Below, piece by piece: positions 9,009 to 16,326 of a stretch of 37,737 nucleotides of DNA. The stretch is taken from positions 1 through 37,737 of IMG/VR virus record IMGVR_UViG_3300045988_053781; one strand, written 5' to 3'. The stretch comes from a virus. A program made the translations under genes and the position numbers. The notes beneath the pieces were generated by a model that worked only from the letters and a program-made list of their open reading frames with translations, did no database searches and had not been told where the DNA came from. Each line of letters starts with the position of its first letter. Positions within the stretch are counted from its first letter, which is position 1.

Positions 9009-10778
9009 ATGGCGTTAAGATATGGATTTTTTAATTCTGTTAATCACGATCGGCTGTATGATGCAGACGACATCTCAAACTACTACCTGAAATTGATTTC
9101 CAACGGCGTATTTGCTACGCCCGCGAACTCGATGCAAGTGCAAGCCCGTGAGGGAATGACGGTGAGTGTAACGGCTGGCTGGGGCTTCATCAACTGCAAA
9201 TGGCTTGATAACTCTGCGGCGTATATGCTGACTTTGGACGTATCTGACGTGGTACTAAACCGAATTGATCGGATCGTTATGCGACTGAATCCGGACGAAG
9301 CACACCGAAATATGGAAATCGCGATCAAAAAAGGCACTCCCGCAAGTACTCCCGTGCCCCCGTCACTCACACGCATTGAAAACGGCGTTTGGGAACTCTC
9401 TCTTGCACAGGTGTATATTGGTGCTGGCGTAACAGAAATTACACAATCCAAAATCACGGACGAACGCGGAAACAACGAAGTGTGCGGCTGGGTTACGGGA
9501 TTGATAGACCAGATCAACACGACGAACCTTTTTGCACAGTATGATGCGGCTTTTTGGGAGTGGTTCCGGACGATTAAAGACGCCGTTTCCAGTACTACCC
9601 TGCTCCGGCAGTACACAAGCAGCTACACGACAGCCGCAGAAAGTGAAGAAAATATTCCAATAAATATTCCAGAATATAATGAAACTTTGGATATTCTTAA
9701 CATATATGTGAACGGATTAAAATTGATCCCAAATGTTGACTATACCAAAACCAACACGGCTATCAGACTATCAAAACCGCTGGACGTAATCGGAACACCC
9801 GTCGAATTCGAAGTGTTGAAATCAATAGACGGAGAAGATGCTGGAAGCGTCGTCGATATTGTATACCAGCTGCAACAGGAAATTGGAAAACTTGACCAGA
9901 ACAATTATTATTGCAATGGTGTAAACGATAATGTGAAACTTCGTGAACATCTGACAAAGTGGGAAGCACAGCAGAAAAAAACGCTGAACGTCGTCGGAAC
10001 CTTTGGTGTCGATACCAGTACAACCGCAGTTGACGGCACCGCATACAGCATGACGTACACCAGCGGAAAAAATATCGTGATCGACTTTTCCCAGTGCGAC
10101 ACGATTTCCGCGAAAAACAAAAATTTCGCGTATTTTTCCGGTTGCACTGTGCAAAATCTGGCGGTAAAGTATGATGATGTAGTACAGACGGACAGCTGCA
10201 CCGGTATCACATGCAAAAATGCAACGCTGGAAAATTGTAGCATCTCCGGTACTCTTGCCGGAACTGGAGAATTTACGGGATACAGTGCAACGGACAGCAG
10301 AATGATCGCATGTGACGTAGATATTTCGTCAGCGGGCGACGTGACAGGCGTTAAAATTTCTGAAACATCTACTTGTGACAACTCACGCTTTACGACAAAG
10401 ACCACCGGCAGCAGTGCGACAGCATGCGGCGGTTCTGGCGGCGGTGCGTACTCCAATTGTGAGTTTGTGGGAATTGCGGAAAAATCCGGTTATGGATTTT
10501 TTGTGAACGCTTCGAACGTGTTGCAAACTCAAAACTGTACGTGCAGGGGATACAGTAAGACCGGCAGCGGTTACGGGTTAAGTGGTGAAACGGGAAGCGA
10601 AAAAACGTTGTTCTTAACCGGAATCAACTGCAACCAAATTCCAGTAACCGGTTATACACAAACGGGATCCATGAAATTTTCGGACGGGTACGGATTTTTC
10701 TCCGGCTGTTTTTATGCGGCTGTTTCCATGCCTGACACGGTGGTTTCATACGGATCTATCACCCGAAATGTGACTTAA
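9009..10778 (+). CDS. Tail fibre / receptor-binding protein 1
   Basis: 589 aa, lying after the Tal-like gene. The C-terminal half is rich in G/S/T/C, as in beta-helical fibre or spike domains. Confidence 0.5.
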   Translation: MALRYGFFNSVNHDRLYDADDISNYYLKLISNGVFATPANSMQVQAREGMTVSVTAGWGFINCKWLDNSAAYMLTLDVSDVVLNRIDRIVMRLNPDEAHRNMEIAIKKGTPASTPVPPSLTRIENGVWELSLAQVYIGAGVTEITQSKITDERGNNEVCGWVTGLIDQINTTNLFAQYDAAFWEWFRTIKDAVSSTTLLRQYTSSYTTAAESEENIPINIPEYNETLDILNIYVNGLKLIPNVDYTKTNTAIRLSKPLDVIGTPVEFEVLKSIDGEDAGSVVDIVYQLQQEIGKLDQNNYYCNGVNDNVKLREHLTKWEAQQKKTLNVVGTFGVDTSTTAVDGTAYSMTYTSGKNIVIDFSQCDTISAKNKNFAYFSGCTVQNLAVKYDDVVQTDSCTGITCKNATLENCSISGTLAGTGEFTGYSATDSRMIACDVDISSAGDVTGVKISETSTCDNSRFTTKTTGSSATACGGSGGGAYSNCEFVGIAEKSGYGFFVNASNVLQTQNCTCRGYSKTGSGYGLSGETGSEKTLFLTGINCNQIPVTGYTQTGSMKFSDGYGFFSGCFYAAVSMPDTVVSYGSITRNVT

Positions 10779-10793
10779 TGGGAGGATTTAAAA

Positions 10794-12206
10794 ATGGCAC
10801 AAGATTTTGATTTGACAATGCCAACGGAACGGGCGGAAAAATATCTTGCAAAAATGGCAAAGACATATGACGGAACACTTCCAGAACCGATTTCAAACAT
10901 TGACAAATACTTAAAAATTCTGGCGGAAAATGGTACAGGTGGTAGTTCTGGCGGCGGGATCACTCCGAAAAAGCTGGAAAATACAGATCTGAACACAGTA
11001 ACGGAAACGGGATCTTACTATGCGGATTTCGATCATACTTGCAAAAATGTTCCGAGTAAAGTAGGTAGCTATGGATTTTCTATCATCGTCACAAATGGCG
11101 GCGGCGTTGTGTATCAGCTACTAATGAAAAATACCATCGCCGAAGAAAACCGGCTCTTTATGCGTGTGATCGACAGTGACGGGGAAGTTTATCCGTGGTC
11201 GAACTACATGCAGGAAAGTGACGTAAGCGTTGACAGCGTTCTTTCGGAAACCTCTACCCGTCCCCCGCAAAATGCAATTGTTACAAAACGATTAAATGAA
11301 ATTGAATCAAATTCAGCTAAAAATACCGACTTGATAGCGTACTTGCCAAAAGACGGAACGGCGAAAAAAGCTGATGCTTTAAGCACAGGTCAGATAAAAT
11401 TTGGATATATTTACAATAGCACGAGCACGGCAACCGCTGGAAAGACGTGGGCAAGGGTGGCTTATTGTGTAGTACCAAAAGGCTATACAACGATCACAAT
11501 GGCGATGCTTGTAACAAGCGGAAATTCCGGCGTGGCACTATTTGACATAGATTTCAGAAGTAATGCAAACAATGACGGATTTGAGTATTTCAATGTTAAA
11601 CAAATTATTACAAATTTTCCGGAAAGAGTATCGATAAACGACATAAAAGCTTTTGCGAAAAGCACGAGTGACGGAATACAGTATGAGATATGGTATAACG
11701 TCAAATCTATTTACGGGACACGGCAATTCACTTGCCTAGCAGAGCAACGGTATGGCGGGGCAAATTCCGACGAATGGAAATTTGAAACGCATACCGCCGC
11801 CGACTTTGAAGCAGCTCCACCTACCGACGGCACAGAAGCTACATACAGCAGCTGCGGCGTTGTATCGACTGCCGAAACGCTGACGGATAGCGGTTGGATC
11901 GTTCCCGATCCCATATGCGAAATGAAAGCCACGTCCATAAAATATAAAAAGTATGGAAATATTGTAGAAATAAGTGGATCCATTACATTTTCTAAGGCGT
12001 ATACAGACGCTAAAATATTTCAACTTCCTAAGGATTGCAGACCACCGGCGGAAATAATCATTCTTGGTTCGTCATTCCCTTCTCCATATGATTATTTTCC
12101 GGCAAAAATCAGTGTCGATGGATATATAACATTTCTTGGAAAGACAGAAAATTTCTTTAAAGCAATGACTGATTATGCTATCCATGCCACTTTTTTTGTG
12201 GACTAA
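10794..12206 (+). CDS. Tail fibre / receptor-binding protein 2
   Basis: 470 aa with RBS GGGAGGA. It has a GGSSGGG linker followed by LENTDLNTVTETGSYYA (a knob-domain-like motif). It is the last gene of the structural operon and is followed by a strong terminator. Confidence 0.5.
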   Translation: MAQDFDLTMPTERAEKYLAKMAKTYDGTLPEPISNIDKYLKILAENGTGGSSGGGITPKKLENTDLNTVTETGSYYADFDHTCKNVPSKVGSYGFSIIVTNGGGVVYQLLMKNTIAEENRLFMRVIDSDGEVYPWSNYMQESDVSVDSVLSETSTRPPQNAIVTKRLNEIESNSAKNTDLIAYLPKDGTAKKADALSTGQIKFGYIYNSTSTATAGKTWARVAYCVVPKGYTTITMAMLVTSGNSGVALFDIDFRSNANNDGFEYFNVKQIITNFPERVSINDIKAFAKSTSDGIQYEIWYNVKSIYGTRQFTCLAEQRYGGANSDEWKFETHTAADFEAAPPTDGTEATYSSCGVVSTAETLTDSGWIVPDPICEMKATSIKYKKYGNIVEISGSITFSKAYTDAKIFQLPKDCRPPAEIIILGSSFPSPYDYFPAKISVDGYITFLGKTENFFKAMTDYAIHATFFVD

Positions 12207-12212
12207 ACAAAA

Positions 12213-12255
12213 GGCACCGCAGGGGCTTCCCCACGGTGCCGTTTTTTGTTTTTTG
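12213..12255. terminator. Bidirectional rho-independent terminator between the fibre gene and the convergent cargo gene
   Basis: GGCACCG (12213-12219) pairs with CGGTGCC (12234-12240). It is flanked by an A-run upstream and TTTTTTGTTTTTT downstream. Confidence 0.7.
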
Positions 12256-12271
12256 ATTTAGCTTAGGTGAA

Positions 12272-12559
12272 TCAGTCCCACCAGAACTTCAATTCGTCTT
12301 CGGAGATACCGTACTTTGCAGCCTGTTCCACGATTTCTTTCCGCAGAACCGGATAAACATCTTCGTCAATTTCTTCCGGATCAAAATCTTCGCTATCGAA
12401 GTCAATGCCGTGATCGTCGCACCAGTTCTTAACAACGATCTCACTGTACAGCTCTACCGGTTCGCCGTCCACTTCACAGCTTGCGAGCATGTAAGTGCAA
12501 GCCTGCAACGGCTTAACTCTGGATTCTCCGCTTTTGAATTCTACGTTGATTTTGTTCAT
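12272..12559 (-). CDS. Small, strongly acidic hypothetical protein (cargo gene C)
   Basis: 95 aa from the ATG at 12559 (RBS GGAGGAA 6 nt upstream); the track ORF extends to 12574. By my count there are about 25 D/E versus about 9 K/R, with an acidic block DDHGIDFDSEDFDPEEIDED. Confidence 0.6.
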   Translation of the reverse strand: MNKINVEFKSGESRVKPLQACTYMLASCEVDGEPVELYSEIVVKNWCDDHGIDFDSEDFDPEEIDEDVYPVLRKEIVEQAAKYGISEDELKFWWD

Positions 12560-12618
12560 GATAAATTCCTCCATGTTTTTATTTTTGGGTTTCGGGCTTT
12601 TCCCTAACCTCTGTATCT

Positions 12619-12647
12619 ATTATACACCCATAAGGAACTTTTGTCAA
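12619..12647 (-). promoter_or_regulatory. Consensus sigma-A-type promoter for cargo gene C
   Basis: Minus strand reads TTGACA-AAAGTTCCTTATGGGTG-TATAAT (17-nt spacer). Confidence 0.6.
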
Positions 12648-12705
12648 TAGGTTTTTATAAAAAAATTCCTTCTGTGCGTATATTTGTATGATTGCACAAA
12701 ATAAA

Positions 12706-13047
12706 TCATTCTGATTTGTGCATTTTGTCAATGTTTATCGTGGCATACGCCAACAACATCAGCACGTATTCCGACGGGTTCCGTTCCTCGATGCTCCATT
12801 TCTGGGCTGTGGAATAGGGAATAGAAAAAAAATTGCACATTTGCTTCATGTTTTTATACTGGCTCACGATTTCAGAAAAACCGCCGTTCGCCATGCTATA
12901 AATTTTCCGGAGCATGCTTGCGATTTCGTCCGCATCATCAAGCCCGTTCATCCACTCTTGCCACCCCCTTTTCATGATATATTTTCCCTCAGAATCATAG
13001 TTTTTCGCTTCGGCGTAGAGGGTGCGAAATGTGTTAAAATCGATCAC
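12706..13047 (-). CDS. Hypothetical protein with a C-terminal HTH-like segment (cargo gene B)
   Basis: 113 aa from the GTG at 13047 (RBS AAAGGAAG 7 nt upstream). The longer track ORF would start inside or upstream of its own promoter. The C-terminus FFSIPYSTAQKWSIEERNPSEYVLMLLAY resembles XRE/MqsA-like HTH regulators. Confidence 0.5.
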   Translation of the reverse strand: MIDFNTFRTLYAEAKNYDSEGKYIMKRGWQEWMNGLDDADEIASMLRKIYSMANGGFSEIVSQYKNMKQMCNFFSIPYSTAQKWSIEERNPSEYVLMLLAYATINIDKMHKSE

Positions 13048-13084
13048 AATTAAACTTCCTTTCTGCTTCTTTTGGTATGGGTTT

Positions 13085-13113
13085 AGTATACACCCAATCG
13101 GAACATTTGTCAA
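13085..13113 (-). promoter_or_regulatory. Near-consensus promoter for cargo gene B
   Basis: Minus strand reads TTGACA-AATGTTCCGATTGGGTG-TATACT. It starts 2 nt after the stop of gene A. Confidence 0.55.
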
Positions 13114-13115
13114 GA

Positions 13116-13562
13116 TTAAGCGTGAAAAGTAGCGTTCAGCTTTTCCATGAAATCATCTGTATATCTGCCTACGCACTCGTACACTTTTCCACTTGCAAGG
13201 TCAATATATGCTCTGGAGTAAGCTTCTCTTACACGGAAACTTTCGCGGTTGCTGATCTTTTCGTCGTTCAGCCATGCACCGCAAACATTGCCACTCTTGT
13301 AAAAATCCAGTTCCAGATTCATGAGAGCATCACCAGTTTCACTAAGATACATGCGATCTTTGCCGTACTTAGTCCAGCGGCTTGCACCAGCCTTTTCCAG
13401 CTTGGTGATGTTCCAGCCGTTCAGAATTTCGTCTGCCGGTGCCTTAGCTTCTGCCCATGCGAATTTCATAGCGTAGGACAGCTTAGCGATTCTGTCACCG
13501 CTCAATGTTCTGTAGATTTCCCATGCTCTTCTCATGATGCTTGACAGATTGTAATTTTTCAT
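13116..13562 (-). CDS. Hypothetical protein (cargo gene A)
   Basis: 148 aa from the ATG at 13562 (RBS GGAGGAAACGAAA). The track ORF extension to 13730 runs through the promoter and is unlikely to be real. The N-terminus is MKNYNLSSIMRRAWEIYRTLSGDRIAKLSYAMKFAWAEAKA. Confidence 0.6.
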   Translation of the reverse strand: MKNYNLSSIMRRAWEIYRTLSGDRIAKLSYAMKFAWAEAKAPADEILNGWNITKLEKAGASRWTKYGKDRMYLSETGDALMNLELDFYKSGNVCGAWLNDEKISNRESFRVREAYSRAYIDLASGKVYECVGRYTDDFMEKLNATFHA

Positions 13563-13617
13563 TTTCGTTTCCTCCGATTTTGTGTTTTTCTTAGCGCCTC
13601 TCGTGCTTTCTGTAATC

Positions 13618-13646
13618 ATTATACACCATTCGGGAACATTTGTCAA
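13618..13646 (-). promoter_or_regulatory. Consensus promoter for cargo gene A
   Basis: Minus strand reads TTGACA-AATGTTCCCGAATGGTG-TATAAT (17-nt spacer). Confidence 0.6.
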
Positions 13647-13756
13647 GCGTTTTATGACAATGGGAACACTTTTGTATACATGCACAAAATACAATCTTAT
13701 GATTTGTACAATATTCACAATACAGAGCAAATCGCTCAGAATGCCATTAAAATCGA

Positions 13757-13819
13757 TTCTAAGGCGTTTTAAATTTTAGGGTATAGTTTTGAGGGGGAGC
13801 ATTCGAAAACGCCTTAGAA
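13757..13819. other. Perfect 14-bp inverted repeat with a 35-nt spacer, 7 bp past the integrase stop (attP candidate or int terminator)
   Basis: TTCTAAGGCGTTTT (13757-13770) and AAAACGCCTTAGAA (13806-13819). Confidence 0.4.
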
Positions 13820-13825
13820 CGAACG

Positions 13826-15358
13826 CTAGACACCTCTACAGCGAAATATGCCAGCGGGGAGAGGAACATAGAGCAATAGCAAGGGCGGAACAAGCTTAAT
13901 TTTGGATATAGTCGGATAGAGGGAGGACTTGACGACAGTATCCGAAAAGGATTTTTCCAAAATTATCCGTTCTGGGGGATCCACGTTGCCATTCGTCAAG
14001 TTTATGGCAATGACCACGTGGTCACGGTACAGCGTCACGCTGTGGATCACGGCGTTAAAAAATTTCTTTCGGTCGTCGGCACGGTCAAGGGCTTTCGTGA
14101 TCCAGCAGAAAAACTTTACGAAATCCTGCTGGGTGAGTTTCGGCGGCTCTGGGGGTGCTTGTTCCAACTGCTGCTTTTGCTGCTCTAGGTCTGTCAGCCG
14201 TGCCTGCAATGCTTCTGACTGCGGGCAAGCTATGAGGGCATTCACAGCACCCTGAATCTGTTTTTCGAGTGCTTGTATCTGCTTGCTGCGGTCTGGCTCG
14301 GGGCTGTCCTCGGCTAGATACATGCGATACAGACAATCGGCAAAGTCTGTCACATGCTCCGGCGTAAAGTAATCTGCTAGTGCTGCTATCACGGTGGACT
14401 CCACTTTTTCGCTGCTGATCGTCAAGCTGTGATCGTGCGGGAGCGTTTTGCAAGATTTTGCTATGCACGTGTAGTAAAAATATTTTCGCTGTACGGACGT
14501 ACCAACGACTTTTCGCCCGCATATGCCGCACTGTAGCAGCCCTGTGAGGGCGAACACGTGACCCGTGCGGTTTATACGGGCGTTGTGTGCAGAGTGCTTC
14601 AAACGCTCCTGTGCAGCGTCATAGAGGCTTTGTGGGACGATCTGCGGGCAAGTTTCAGGTTCGGCTATATCCGTGACATAGTACGTGCCCGTGTACTTGG
14701 GATTGTGCAGTATGTCGCTGACGCTGTAGCGTCTGAACAGGTTGCCCTGCCGCGTTCTGTGTCCGGCGGCGTTCAGCTTGTCTGCGATGCTTTGCAAAGT
14801 CGCTCCCCCTACGTACTGCGTGAAGATCTGCCGGACGTTGCTCGCTTCGACTTCGTCCACCGCAAGCCGTTTCTCGGTCTTGTGGTATCCATACGGGGCA
14901 CGGGTGAAGGTATTGCCCTTGATGATCGTTTCACGAATCCCCCGCTTGCACTTGCGGGAAAGTTCACGGGAAAAGTATTCGTCCATGGATTCCAGAAGAC
15001 CTTCGATCAGGATCCCCTCAGGGCTGTCCGTAATGCGTTCGGTGGCGGACAAGACCTTCACGCCACAGCGTTTTAGTTTTTGCTTATATACGGCACTGTC
15101 ATAGCGATTGCGGGCGAATCGGTCAAGCTTGTACACAAGCACGTACTCCCAGCAGCCGCGTTTGCTGTCGGAGATCATCTGCTGGAACTGGTCGCGGTGG
15201 TCGGTGGACGTTCCAGAGGTCGCACGGTCGATGTATTCAGCAACGATGTGGATCCCCTCAGCTTTTGCGAATTCCGCACACACGCGGCGTTGCCCTTCGA
15301 TTGACTGTTCCGTTTGCCGGTCGCTTGAATATCTGCCGTAAAAAACGGCTCGTTTCAT
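13826..15358 (-). CDS. Large serine recombinase (phage integrase)
   Basis: 510 aa. It has an N-terminal resolvase-type catalytic domain (AVFYGRYSSDRQ...IEGQ), a recombinase domain, a Cys cluster (CGICGRKVVG...YYYTC), and a coiled-coil Q/E-rich segment. RBS is AAGGGAG. Confidence 0.9.
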   Translation of the reverse strand: MKRAVFYGRYSSDRQTEQSIEGQRRVCAEFAKAEGIHIVAEYIDRATSGTSTDHRDQFQQMISDSKRGCWEYVLVYKLDRFARNRYDSAVYKQKLKRCGVKVLSATERITDSPEGILIEGLLESMDEYFSRELSRKCKRGIRETIIKGNTFTRAPYGYHKTEKRLAVDEVEASNVRQIFTQYVGGATLQSIADKLNAAGHRTRQGNLFRRYSVSDILHNPKYTGTYYVTDIAEPETCPQIVPQSLYDAAQERLKHSAHNARINRTGHVFALTGLLQCGICGRKVVGTSVQRKYFYYTCIAKSCKTLPHDHSLTISSEKVESTVIAALADYFTPEHVTDFADCLYRMYLAEDSPEPDRSKQIQALEKQIQGAVNALIACPQSEALQARLTDLEQQKQQLEQAPPEPPKLTQQDFVKFFCWITKALDRADDRKKFFNAVIHSVTLYRDHVVIAINLTNGNVDPPERIILEKSFSDTVVKSSLYPTISKIKLVPPLLLLYVPLPAGIFRCRGV

Positions 15359-15425
15359 ACGAAAAACTCCCTTCTGTTAATAATTCGGAAATACAAAGTG
15401 GAAAAAAGCACGCAAATGCGTAAAA

Positions 15426-15693
15426 ACGGTTCAAGATGGTTCAAGATGAAAAATCATCTTGAACCGGTGAAAATGACGCAATTTCGGGCTTTTTCGGCGT
15501 TTCGGTTCAAGTTCAAGATGCCCCTTATATTTATATATATTTATATATTATTTTATACTGTAGAATAGATAGTAATATATAATATAATATATATATAAAT
15601 AATAATGTTATCTTGAACTTGAACCGTTTTTCAAGAAAACGCCGAAATTGCGTGCAAAACAGCGGTTCAAGTCGGTTCAAGTTATCTTGAACC
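15426..15693. repeat. Array of eight GGTTCAAG octamers in both orientations around a 90-bp AT-rich core
   Basis: Direct copies are at 15428, 15438, 15504, 15664 and 15674. Inverted copies are at 15458, 15618 and 15686. Perfect 16-bp inverted arms at 15504-15519 and 15610-15625 flank the AT-rich segment 15520-15609. Confidence 0.75.
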
Positions 15694-15715
15694 GTTTTAC
15701 AGCATTTACCATATT

Positions 15716-15763
15716 ATCAATAAAAAATCCGCTTATAGCATCTGTTGACGCTCTAAACGGATT
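15716..15763 (-). terminator. Rho-independent terminator after immA
   Basis: On the minus strand, AAUCCGUUUA pairs with UAAGCGGAUU (10 bp including one G-U pair, 18-nt loop), followed by UUUUUAUU. Confidence 0.55.
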
Positions 15764-15772
15764 TTCTCTCAC

Positions 15773-16282
15773 CTACCTTCTATTGTAAATAAAGTTTTGA
15801 AATTGTATGAATAATTCATGTTCGAGAGGGTGTCTGATGAATTGATCATACTCCAGAAGCCAAAACAGCCGCTTGGAACGACGTTCGGCGGCAGCCTTGG
15901 ACACCCCGCAAATACCGGAGATTGTGACCGGATCGAGGGCATTTGCACCCAATAAAACGCATGCCGGCATGAGTACACCGGCAGCGAATCGGTCTGCCGC
16001 TGGCTCACAGTCGCCTAGTAAATAATGCCCTAACTCGTGTAAGATCGTGAAGCGTTTCTGGGTGTCGGTGTCCTTTGGATTCACGACAATTTGAACTTTT
16101 CCCGACTGCCTACGGATCAATTTTTCGGCTTCTCCACCCGTCAGAAATGCGTCTGTCAAACGGCACTCTATACCATATTTAGACGCTATCTGGACGGGCT
16201 TCACGGGCAGCTGTACAACCTTACAATCGAGTAAGCATTTCCAGCTGGCACGTAACGCAAGCTTGTAAATTTCACAATGCAT
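15773..16282 (-). CDS. immA: ImmA/IrrE-family zinc metallopeptidase (anti-repressor protease)
   Basis: HEXXH motif (ILHELGHYLL). It lies immediately downstream of the HTH repressor on the same strand. The ATG at 16282 with RBS GAGGTGA is preferred over the GTG at 16291. Confidence 0.8.
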   Translation of the reverse strand: MHCEIYKLALRASWKCLLDCKVVQLPVKPVQIASKYGIECRLTDAFLTGGEAEKLIRRQSGKVQIVVNPKDTDTQKRFTILHELGHYLLGDCEPAADRFAAGVLMPACVLLGANALDPVTISGICGVSKAAAERRSKRLFWLLEYDQFIRHPLEHELFIQFQNFIYNRR

Positions 16283-16285
16283 ATA

Positions 16286-16321
16286 ACTCACCTCTACGGT
16301 TATTATACCATAGAGGTGAGT
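16286..16321 (-). promoter_or_regulatory. Intercistronic hairpin that sequesters the immA ribosome-binding site
   Basis: Perfect 11-bp inverted repeat on the minus strand: ACTCACCTCTA (16321-16311) and TAGAGGTGAGT (16296-16286). The 3' arm contains the GAGGTGA RBS. The 14-nt loop carries TGGTATAAT. Confidence 0.45.
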
Positions 16322-16326
16322 TTTTA

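Noticed and set aside
13929-15341. Plus-strand ORFs inside the integrase gene: 13929..14255, 14558..15076, 14742..15104, 15080..15304 and 15108..15341. The minus-strand alternate-frame ORF 14085..14531 also falls here.
   Set aside because: They are shadows of the serine recombinase ORF, which has unmistakable catalytic and zinc-ribbon motifs in its own frame.
15426-15693. GGTTCAAG repeats considered as tRNA T-arm remnants (GGTTCAAGTC resembles a T-loop) or as a CRISPR-like array.
   Set aside because: No acceptor, D or anticodon arms can be built around any copy. The units are 8 bp, occur in both orientations and have irregular short spacing, so this is neither a tRNA nor a CRISPR repeat-spacer structure.
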